From: an uncultured Actinomycetes bacterium
Lineage (GTDB): Bacteria > Actinomycetota > Actinomycetes > Streptosporangiales > Streptosporangiaceae
Assembly (NCBI GenBank): GCA_963847965.1
Contig: CAWKCG010000043.1
Location: forward strand, 258,191-322,190
Length of the DNA: 64,000 bases
Direction: 5' to 3'
Shown here: piece after piece, positions 10,074-17,897 of the stretch
How positions within the stretch are numbered: the first letter of the stretch is position 1
Layout: each line of letters starts with the position of its first letter
Notes under the pieces: generated by a model
Database searches by the model: none
What the model saw: the letters and a program-made list of their open reading frames with translations, nothing else
What the model was told of the DNA's origin: nothing
Position numbers and translations under genes: made by a program

Positions 10074-10213
10074 CACATTCCCCCAGCCAGAAAGTCGCCG
10101 CTGTCACCCGGCTCAGCCGAACGTTCCCTCCGCTCTACTACAGGGAAACCTTTAGTACATGATATATGACTTTAAGTGACTAGGGCAGCGGGCTCGCAGT
10201 CAACATGTCTACG
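10074..10213 (-). promoter_or_regulatory. conserved promoter/5' leader element, copy A (upstream of ugd)
   Basis: Reading the minus strand: TTGACT (10198-10203), 15 nt, TAGTCA (10177-10182), about 50 nt, palindrome GAACGTTC (10119-10126), 22 nt, then box GACTTTCTGGCTGGGGGAATGTG (10074-10096). The same order and spacing occur in copies B and C. Confidence 0.55.
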
Positions 10214-10388
10214 AATTGCTCTGCGTGCCGGTTGGGCCGTGGGCGTTGCCCGCTTGGGCACTAAACACTGAGATGACCCGTACGTCCCCAATTGCTCCGA
10301 TCATGACGGCTATGCCGCTTAAGCCCTCTAAGTGGAGGTAGTTTGTCCAGCCTTCGGCTGATGGCGCACCAAGGGGCCGTGAACCTCT

Positions 10389-12020
10389 TCAGGTTCGGCA
10401 CTCAGGCGAAGCCCCAGGAGAGGTCGTCGTCCAAAGGACGTACGTTACGCTGCTCTGCCCCGCGCTATTGAGCCCGGACGATACTTGGTCGTTGAACGTC
10501 GAAACCTGACGGAATCGATCTGGGAGATAACAGTACTCACGGTCGGGCTGGATCCCTGGAGGCAAAGCAAACCACGTTGGCTTGTACTGCTCTACGGCGC
10601 GGCGAAACTGGCCCTGAAGATTTGCGGTCTCGCCCCACCGCACCCCGTAGAGCAGTTGAAATTCGCGGAACTCAGCTCCGTCGGAGATGGCAGCGAAATA
10701 TACTCCCGGGATCCCCATGAGGTGCGCTCCGCGAGGAACGAATTGTTCGATATTTTTTGTAACCAAAATGGGGTCGCGCTGTCGGTAGAATTGATGGATC
10801 TCATAGGCGCGAAGCACTGGAAAAGCGAATCCATTCAGTAGTGCCATCAGGACAAGCCCACCTATCAGCTGGCGAAAACTCGTCCTCAGCTTTGTGCTCA
10901 GCAGTATTATTCCGACAGCGGCCGGAACCAATGAGATCAGGAATAGGAAGTCCATATAACTATCGGTACTCGCTGCGGCAACAACACCCGCACCTATGAG
11001 CGCCCCCGCTACATCAGGAGACATGCGCCACGGAAAGACGGCGAGACCGAGCAGAATCACTGCGACAATCGCAGGCGCGTACTTAACGACCTCAGCCACA
11101 TTACCCGCTTGTGCGCTCAGAAAACTTCCGTAATTTCCGGACCCTGCTGCGATAATGGAGTGCAAGAACTGGGACCGCCACTCATAGAAATGCAGTAGAC
11201 TCCAGACCCCGTACGGCAGCAGAACTAGTCCTGCACTTGCCAAGGCTCCCATCAGTGCAGCCCGACGCGAGATTCCGAGTCTCGCAGGACAGAAGATCAC
11301 GGCCACGATGATCCCAGCTGCTGGTCCGCCCAGAGCGGGATGTGTAAGGGTAGCGAGTAGCAAGAGCAGGAAACCTGCACTGACCCATATGGTTCTGTGA
11401 GTCTGCGCATGCGCCACCTTAACCTTGGAGACACTAAGCCAGCCCAGAAAGAGCAGCAGAACCCCGAGCCAATCACCTCTTGCGGATCGCGCCATCACGA
11501 TCGACTGCTCATTGAAAGCGAGTAGGAAAGCAGCTAGCAGGCCGGCAACTGAGGAGAGCAGCCTGCTAAGGCCGACCCGATTCGCTAGTGAGCGCGCAAG
11601 AAAGAAGCCTGCCACGATACCTGCGATATAGGGAGTCGCGCTACCAAGTCGAGCCACCGTTTCATTGAAGCCAAGAACCCGATATATTCCTGCCATTAGC
11701 AGAAAGTAAACAGGAGGTTGGATAAAAAAGTAATGATTAAGCCCGGCTATGTCGAAGAACATAGAGGCGGAGAGAGAACCGGAACTTGCAAGCATTCGGG
11801 CAGGTTCTGCGAAGAACACCTCGTCATCCCACGTCACTGGTGAGCGCGTGAGGCCGTACAGAACAAAGATGGCCGCTGTGCCGACGATGCCGATGAGCGC
11901 GAGCCAGATGTTGAGTGGTTCCCATCTTGTTAGCCAGTTATAGGCAATTTGACGTTGATTGCCGGAGTGTCTGGCAACATGACCGCGGTTCTGTGCCTGC
12001 GTCTGGGGAGCCCTGTCCAT
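10389..12020 (-). CDS. GT-C fold membrane glycosyltransferase (ArnT/PMT-like), polytopic
   Basis: 543 aa with more than 10 hydrophobic helices. An acidic loop motif (WDDEVFFAEP) follows helix 1. The C-terminal domain is soluble. GC is about 52% in a 60-nt sample, against about 75% in a topA sample. Confidence 0.6.
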   Translation of the reverse strand: MDRAPQTQAQNRGHVARHSGNQRQIAYNWLTRWEPLNIWLALIGIVGTAAIFVLYGLTRSPVTWDDEVFFAEPARMLASSGSLSASMFFDIAGLNHYFFIQPPVYFLLMAGIYRVLGFNETVARLGSATPYIAGIVAGFFLARSLANRVGLSRLLSSVAGLLAAFLLAFNEQSIVMARSARGDWLGVLLLFLGWLSVSKVKVAHAQTHRTIWVSAGFLLLLLATLTHPALGGPAAGIIVAVIFCPARLGISRRAALMGALASAGLVLLPYGVWSLLHFYEWRSQFLHSIIAAGSGNYGSFLSAQAGNVAEVVKYAPAIVAVILLGLAVFPWRMSPDVAGALIGAGVVAAASTDSYMDFLFLISLVPAAVGIILLSTKLRTSFRQLIGGLVLMALLNGFAFPVLRAYEIHQFYRQRDPILVTKNIEQFVPRGAHLMGIPGVYFAAISDGAEFREFQLLYGVRWGETANLQGQFRRAVEQYKPTWFALPPGIQPDREYCYLPDRFRQVSTFNDQVSSGLNSAGQSSVTYVLWTTTSPGASPECRT

Positions 12021-12395
12021 TAGGAAACTCGCAGATAGCGAGTTTCGTGCTCTGCGGCCGAGCCCGTGTCTTTATTCATAACGACTCCGTGATTGGTGGC
12101 TGTGTCTGGATCGGTCACCATGCTGGCGTTGAAGTTGATGACCTAGGCGCGACTGGCCCGGCGATCATAGGCGCCAACTCCGCTTCGCTTACTGCAGTCC
12201 TGCCCGGGACGATCCGCCATCAGGCGAACGATGTGGATTTATTGTAATATTGGGGTTAACCGTGCGGTTTCGGCGGTTCCTGGAATGCGGTATTCGCCAA
12301 GCACTTCGCCGCCAAACCGTTTTTGAGGCGCAGGAACGGTGATTCAATGAAACGATAAGATGCCGCAGCCACGATGAAGGTGGCTGCGACTGCGG

Positions 12396-13412
12396 CTATA
12401 TCGACCATGTCGAAGCCGATGTTATGCGCCACAGGCCAGGAGTACTATAAGCGCTGATGTAATGCTTGTAGGCTCCCCAGGCGCTGTGATAGACAATGTA
12501 ATGCCATAGATACAGACCGTAAGAGCGTCGACCGATCCACACCGCCGTCTTCGACGACAAAAGGCTGTCCAGGACCGGCGGCGCCGCGCCGGTCACGAGT
12601 CCCAACAGGATCAGGCCACTGGCCAGGGTGGCGACCGTTATTTCATACGGGACCTGGCCGGACGCGAATACGAAGACGGCCAGCAGAACGATCGTCCCGA
12701 TCCAGGTTGCAGCCCGCAGGGCCATGGCTGCGGGCTGCCGCAGTTGGGTCGATTCTCTCGAGGAGATCCAGAACGCCAGAGCGCAACCAACGATAAGTCC
12801 AGCAGAGTGGGTATCCGTGCCAAAATAGATGCGATCATGGTTGTAGTAACCGGCGGAGGCCATGACCTGACTGTATATCATTTCCGTCAAAGCAATAAGG
12901 GTCAGCGAGAGCGCGATGCGATTCCGGCGGAAGCCGCGCCGGGCGAGCAGGATGAAAAGCACAGGCCACGTGAAATAAAATTGTTCTTCGACGGCGAGAG
13001 ACCAGGTGTGCTGCATCCACCCCAGGTTCCCGGCTCCTATTCCGAATGCAGGGACAAAATTAGCAAGGTAAAAAACAACCCATGGAACCGCGGCAAACGT
13101 TTCTTGGGCGGCGGTGACCCCGACTCGACCCCCGGTCCGTTCCCCAAGCGCTACCAGCCCGACCGCGGCGACAATAAAACAGCAGAGGGCGGGGAATAGT
13201 CGCAGCGCTCTGCGCGCATAAAAGTTGCGGAGGCTGACGCTGCATTCATGGTTGTCCCATTCACCAATGAGTAGTGACGTGATAAGGAAGCCGGAGACCA
13301 CGAAAAATACATCAACCCCCCCGTAGCCACCCGAGTCAAAGTGGGGAAAATTGAGGTGGTAGATCATTACTGCCACTATGGCAACCGCCCGAAGGCCATC
13401 CAATGCTGGCAT
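12396..13412 (-). CDS. acyltransferase family 3 (O-acyltransferase) membrane protein; apparent frameshift near 12440-12460
   Basis: MPALDGLRAVAIVAVMIYH...GVDVFFVVSGFLIT...SYGLYLWH. The expected family C-terminus (AAVAATFIVAAASYRFIESPFLRLK) is encoded in another frame, down to the stop at about 12263. The track start at 13496 lies inside conserved leader copy B, so ATG 13412 is preferred. Confidence 0.7.
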   Translation of the reverse strand: MPALDGLRAVAIVAVMIYHLNFPHFDSGGYGGVDVFFVVSGFLITSLLIGEWDNHECSVSLRNFYARRALRLFPALCCFIVAAVGLVALGERTGGRVGVTAAQETFAAVPWVVFYLANFVPAFGIGAGNLGWMQHTWSLAVEEQFYFTWPVLFILLARRGFRRNRIALSLTLIALTEMIYSQVMASAGYYNHDRIYFGTDTHSAGLIVGCALAFWISSRESTQLRQPAAMALRAATWIGTIVLLAVFVFASGQVPYEITVATLASGLILLGLVTGAAPPVLDSLLSSKTAVWIGRRSYGLYLWHYIVYHSAWGAYKHYISAYSTPGLWRITSASTWSI

Positions 13413-13460
13413 ATACTGCTTCGACCGTGACCGGGCTGAGGACCCACGCTGCTGCGTCGA

Positions 13461-13602
13461 CACGTTCCCCCCAGTCGGAAAGTCTGCCGTTGTCACGATG
13501 CCCAGCCGGACGTTCCGTCTGCTGGATAGCTAGCTACCTTAAGTGTCCAATCTATCACTAACGGTGACTAGCGTAGCGGGCCCACAGTCAGCATGTCTAC
13601 GG
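13461..13602 (-). promoter_or_regulatory. conserved promoter/5' leader element, copy B (upstream of acyltransferase)
   Basis: CTGACT (13586-13591), 15 nt, TAGTCA (13565-13570), 49 nt, GGACGTTC (13508-13515), 23 nt, then GACTTTCCGACTGGGGGGAACGTG (13461-13484). Confidence 0.55.
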
Positions 13603-13865
13603 ATGCTCGACGGCCCTGGTCGGGCCGTTGGACGTGGCCCGTTCCCGCGGGGCTCGCACTGGCCACCTGAGCACGGACGCTCGCGGTTCTTCGCGGCCGG
13701 ATGCCGCCATGACGCGCAGGCACTGCGGAAATGGGGGGATTTAGATGGCTTGCGGAGTGGACTTCAACCTCCGAGGCGCGACCACCGAGCAATACGACCA
13801 GGTGACGCTTGGACTCAACAACGGGCAGCCCATGCACTCCCTGGCAGACTGACCGGGGAGGCGGA

Positions 13866-14223
13866 TGCGCCCATGCGTAGCAGCAGCTCGGCGACGCGGA
13901 TGGCGGGCGAATTGCGCGCGTCGCCGGTGTTCTTCTTGTAGGCGAGCCCCAGCAGCAGTATCCGGGACCCGATCACGAGCCGCCCGCGCTTGTTCAGGGC
14001 CAACAGCACCCGACGGACGACGTAATCCGGCATGTGGCTGTTGACGTCGTTGGCCAGCTCGACGAACCGGAAGCCCCGGCCCAGAGTCCGCTGCACCCGC
14101 CATGACAGGTACGACGGGTCAATAGGCAGGCTGTGGCCCCCACTCCTGGGGCGGGAGTGAACGGCATGAACCCGAACGGCTTGGTCAATGCCGCGTTGAT
14201 CGTCACCCACACGTCGACGCCGA
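13866..14223 (-). pseudogene. internal fragment of a nucleotide-sugar dehydrogenase (partial copy of 15232-15590)
   Basis: Aligned by eye, about 90% nucleotide identity over about 358 bp, including an identical run of roughly 85 nt. It translates as GGHSLPIDPSYLSWRVQRTLGRGFRFVELANDVNSHMPDYVVRR...LGLAYKKNTGDARNSPAIRVAELL. There is no N-terminal Rossmann domain and no C-terminus. Confidence 0.8.
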
Positions 14224-14260
14224 ATTGGCCATACCTCCACGTAGGGCCTCTGGTAACTAT

Positions 14261-14935
14261 CTAATTACGGTGTGTGCTTCGTTCGTAGATGAAGAAGTCT
14301 GCTCGACCAGGTTGAGAACTCGGGCCGCGGACTGTTTCCACGAGCTGCCATTGCGGGAAGTGTTCGTCCACCCATAGCGAAAAATTTCGATGACGCACGT
14401 GCGGGGCATCATCTTTTATCTGATTATTTGTAGAGTAGACCACGACGTATCGCTTACCCGCTGCGAATAGATGGTTCATGTAAGTGTGAAACACTTGATC
14501 TTCTACCAAATGATATATCACATCCAGCGAGAGAGCGGCATCTGCCGTGAACAATCCGGTGCGGTCGACGAAACAGTCGCCTTTATATAGGAAAAAACTC
14601 TTAGTTTGGTCATCGACGAACCGGGCCTTGCATAGTCCGATTGCAGCCGGCGATACGTCGAGTCCAATATAGCAAGGATAATTAGCCAGCGACAACTGGT
14701 GTCCGTCGCCGCATCCGAATTCGATTATGGAGCTTACTCGGTGGTCGCGGACGAATGCGTTCAGGAACTCTGCTTTACCGTGCCCCAGATCGCCATAGGA
14801 TCCCGGACCACTAGTGCGGCCCTTTGCATATTCCGACTCCCAGTAGCTGGCCGAGCTGCGGAAGTGCAACTGCTGACGCAGGATGGAGATCTGTCGCACT
14901 CCAGGAATCGGACGCACAACATCCTTAATGGTCAT
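14261..14935 (-). CDS. class I SAM-dependent methyltransferase
   Basis: Motif I IIEFGCGDGHQL; 224 aa; low GC. It lies between the dehydrogenase gene and its partial copy. Confidence 0.8.
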   Translation of the reverse strand: MTIKDVVRPIPGVRQISILRQQLHFRSSASYWESEYAKGRTSGPGSYGDLGHGKAEFLNAFVRDHRVSSIIEFGCGDGHQLSLANYPCYIGLDVSPAAIGLCKARFVDDQTKSFFLYKGDCFVDRTGLFTADAALSLDVIYHLVEDQVFHTYMNHLFAAGKRYVVVYSTNNQIKDDAPHVRHRNFSLWVDEHFPQWQLVETVRGPSSQPGRADFFIYERSTHRN

Positions 14936-15015
14936 CTATTCTCCCTTATTCTTAATGAGCACTATCCGGCGCTGTTAGATAGCGCAGCTTGGACGATAGA
15001 TCGCGTAGTCGCGCC

Positions 15016-16275
15016 TCACAGGGTCTCGACGTTCGGGCCGGACAGGACCTGCCGACAGTCCAGCACGTAACGCGCGTAGAGGCCTATATCGGTGGCCAGG
15101 AAGGCGTCATGGTCGGTGAGTAGCACCACGATGTCGGCGGCGGCGATCTCCCCGGGCGTAGCGTCAACGCGGGCGACGGCCGGGGAGATGGCGGTCGGCT
15201 CGGTCACCAGCGGGTCGGCTACCCGGACTTCTGCGCCCATGCGCATCAGCAGTTCGGCGACGCGGATGGCGGGCGAATTGCGCGCGTCGCCGGTGTTCTT
15301 CTTGTATGCGAGCCCCAGCAGCAGTATCCGGGACCCGATCATGGGCCGCCCGCGCTTGTTCAATGCCAAGAGCAGCCGGCGAACGACGTAATCCGGCATG
15401 TGGCTGTTGACGTCGTTGGCCAGCTCGACGAACCGGAAGCCCCGGCCCAGAGTCCGCTGCACCCGCCAGGACAGGTACGACGGGTCAATGGGCAGGCTGT
15501 GGCCGCCTACTCCCGGGCCGGGAGTGAACGGCATGAACCCGAACGGCTTGGTGGATGCGGCGTTGATCGCCTCCCACACGTCGACGCCGAGCTCGTGCCC
15601 GAACATCGCCAGCTCGTTCGCCAGCGCGATATTCACGTGCCGGAAGGTGTTCTCGATCAGCTTGGCCAGTTCCGCCACGCACGGCGAGGAGACCGGTACC
15701 GTCCGGTCCACAATTCCCTGGTAAAAGCTCTCCACCGCGGCCAGCGACTCATCATCAATGCCCGAAACGATCTTCGGCGTCGCGGCCAGGGTCCAGGATC
15801 CGTTTGCTGGGTCGATGCGCTCGGGGCTGTAGCCCAGGCGGAAATCGGTGCCCGCCGCCAGCCCGGACCCTTCTTCAAGCCAGGTGAGCACCTGCGCCTG
15901 GGTGGTTCCGGGGAAGGACGTGGACTCCAAGATCACCGTCGAGCCCGGGCGCAGGTAACGGGACAGCGTTCGGCTGGCCGCCTCGATGTAGGCCAGGTCG
16001 GGCAGGCCGTCCCGAAGCGGCGTGGGGACCGTGATCACGGCGACGTCGAAGCCGGTGCAGACGTCGGCATCCGCCGACAGCCAGAACCTTCCGGAGTTCA
16101 GCGCCGCGGCAAGCTCACAGGAGGACACGTCCTCGACGTACGATTCCCCGGCTTCCAGACGCTTTACCCGGACCGCGTCGGTGTCGTACCCGATAACCTC
16201 GTGCCCCACTGCGACGGCCCGGATCGCCAGCGGCAGACCCACGTATCCCAAGCCCGCCACCACTACCGCGGCCAC
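15016..16275 (-). CDS. nucleotide-sugar dehydrogenase (UDP-GlcNAc/UDP-ManNAc 6-dehydrogenase-like, WbpA/WecC type)
   Basis: VVAGLGYVGLPLA N-terminus; GGHSLPIDP catalytic region; LGLAYKKNTGDARNSPA C-terminal domain; GTG start; 419 aa. Confidence 0.88.
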   Translation of the reverse strand: MAAVVVAGLGYVGLPLAIRAVAVGHEVIGYDTDAVRVKRLEAGESYVEDVSSCELAAALNSGRFWLSADADVCTGFDVAVITVPTPLRDGLPDLAYIEAASRTLSRYLRPGSTVILESTSFPGTTQAQVLTWLEEGSGLAAGTDFRLGYSPERIDPANGSWTLAATPKIVSGIDDESLAAVESFYQGIVDRTVPVSSPCVAELAKLIENTFRHVNIALANELAMFGHELGVDVWEAINAASTKPFGFMPFTPGPGVGGHSLPIDPSYLSWRVQRTLGRGFRFVELANDVNSHMPDYVVRRLLLALNKRGRPMIGSRILLLGLAYKKNTGDARNSPAIRVAELLMRMGAEVRVADPLVTEPTAISPAVARVDATPGEIAAADIVVLLTDHDAFLATDIGLYARYVLDCRQVLSGPNVETL

Positions 16276-16403
16276 GAGCGTCCTCCCGCCGGACGCGACG
16301 CCATAGAAAGCTCACGATGCCGCCACGCGCAACACCGCCGGTGTGGCTGAATGGCGGTAGCCCAGTACAGCACGCATGATGAGGACTCAGGCCGCTCCTT
16401 AAC

Positions 16404-16541
16404 CACATTCCCCCCAGCCAGAAAGTCCGCCCCTGGTGTCGCCCAGCGAACGTTCACGCCCGCCGTTCGTCAGGCAACTCAAAGTACTTGATCTGCGACT
16501 TTCAGTAACTAGCTTAACGATCTGCTATCAGCATGTCCACG
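16404..16541 (-). promoter_or_regulatory. conserved promoter/5' leader element, copy C (upstream of dehydrogenase)
   Basis: CTGATA (16526-16531), 14 nt, TAGTTA (16506-16511), 50 nt, GAACGTTC (16448-16455), 20 nt, then GACTTTCTGGCTGGGGGGAATGTG (16404-16427). This copy sits about 130 nt from the GTG start. Confidence 0.5.
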
Positions 16542-16623
16542 TAGCTGAACTGCGAGAGCGTCGGCCCGCTGGGATAGGCTCCGTGCGGCAGCAGGTGTCC
16601 CCCTCAACCGGAAGGCACGGACG

Positions 16624-17652
16624 ATGCAGGTCCTGATCGCCGGGGGCGCAGGCTACATCGGCAGCACAATCGCCTCGGCTTGCTCGGATTCCGGCATCAA
16701 CCCAGTGATCCTGGACAGTCTCGTGACGGGCAGACGCGAGCTGGCGGCGGGCCGGGAGTTCTATGAAGGCGAAATCGCAGACGGCGAGTTGATCGATCGC
16801 ATCTTCGCGGAGCACCCGGACATCGGCGCGGTGATCCATTGCGCGGCCCTGATCGTGGTCCCCGATTCGGTAGCCGATCCGGTCGGGTACTACCGGGCCA
16901 ACGTGACCAAGAGCTTGGACTTCGCCGCGCATCTGCTGCGCAACGGTTGCGGACGGCTGATCTTCAGTTCGTCGGCCGCCATTTACCGGGTCAGCGAGGA
17001 CCTGAGCGTGGATGAGGACTCGCCGATCGATCCGCAGAGCCCGTACGCACGCACCAAGGCCGTGTGCGAGGCGATGTTCGCTGACATCGCCGCGACGCAG
17101 CCCATCCGCGTTATGTCCCTGCGGTACTTCAACCCGATCGGCGCGGATCCCAAGATGCGCACGGGCCTGCAACTTGCGCGGCCGACCCATGCGCTGGGCA
17201 AGATGATCCAGGCGCAAGAGGAGGGTGTTCCGTTCCTGGTCACCGGAACGGACTATCCGACGCGGGATGGGTCAGGCCTCAGGGATTACATCCACGTCTG
17301 GGACCTGGCCACGGCCCACGTGGCCGCGCTGGACAAGTTCGATGCCCTACCAGGGCCGACGACCGTAATCAACCTGGGGACTGGTCGGGGTACCACTGTC
17401 CGGGAGCTTCTAGACGCGTTCAACCATGTCGCCGAGAGGCCGATCGAGGCACGCGACGCCGCGCGTCGGCCGGGTGACATAGCTGGCGCCTACACCCGGA
17501 TCGACCGTGCGACGCGCCTTCTTGGTTGGCAGCCGCAATACGACATCACCACAGGCATCCGTCACTCGCTTCAGTGGGCCGCGATCCGCGACGAGATCCT
17601 CTCCGGAAATGCCGCCTCGCCAAACCATCGAATTAACTCTCCGGAGCGCTGA
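16624..17652 (+). CDS. galE: UDP-glucose 4-epimerase
   Basis: MQVLIAGGAGYIGS; SSSAAIY; YARTK catalytic YxxxK; RYFNPIGA; 342 aa. Confidence 0.9.
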   Translation: MQVLIAGGAGYIGSTIASACSDSGINPVILDSLVTGRRELAAGREFYEGEIADGELIDRIFAEHPDIGAVIHCAALIVVPDSVADPVGYYRANVTKSLDFAAHLLRNGCGRLIFSSSAAIYRVSEDLSVDEDSPIDPQSPYARTKAVCEAMFADIAATQPIRVMSLRYFNPIGADPKMRTGLQLARPTHALGKMIQAQEEGVPFLVTGTDYPTRDGSGLRDYIHVWDLATAHVAALDKFDALPGPTTVINLGTGRGTTVRELLDAFNHVAERPIEARDAARRPGDIAGAYTRIDRATRLLGWQPQYDITTGIRHSLQWAAIRDEILSGNAASPNHRINSPER

Positions 17653-17897
17653 CCCGGCTTTTCCGCTTCGCCACAGTCGGGTGGGTGAACGGCCACCGCG
17701 CCGGCGGGCTGGTGACACGGTGCGGTAGTGACGAATCGCCAGCGAACGAGTGCGCCGCGTGACATTATTGCCCTCGCAGTCACTCATTGTAGTTCCCTGA
17801 CGCCGCTAGCCTGCTGCCGTCTTGAGAAGATAATCAGACGTACGCCCAGCTTGTGGCCTTATCTCCTGCTAAGAGCAGGGAGGAAGGCAATACCTTC

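Noticed and set aside
10074-10126. Possible upstream ORFs, or an ECF-sigma promoter (GGAAC...CGTT), inside the conserved leader
   Set aside because: The short ORFs starting at the GTG of the G-rich box differ in frame and length among the three copies. GGAAC and CGTT are contiguous (the palindrome GAACGTTC) rather than spaced about 16 nt apart as in ECF promoters.
12070-12247. Plus-strand stretch VIGGCVWIGHHAGVEVDDLGATGPAIIGANSASLTAVLPGTI, resembling the end of a hexapeptide-repeat acetyltransferase
   Set aside because: Only about 55 residues remain, there is no start, and it is degenerate. It is mentioned as a possible scar but not called as a feature.
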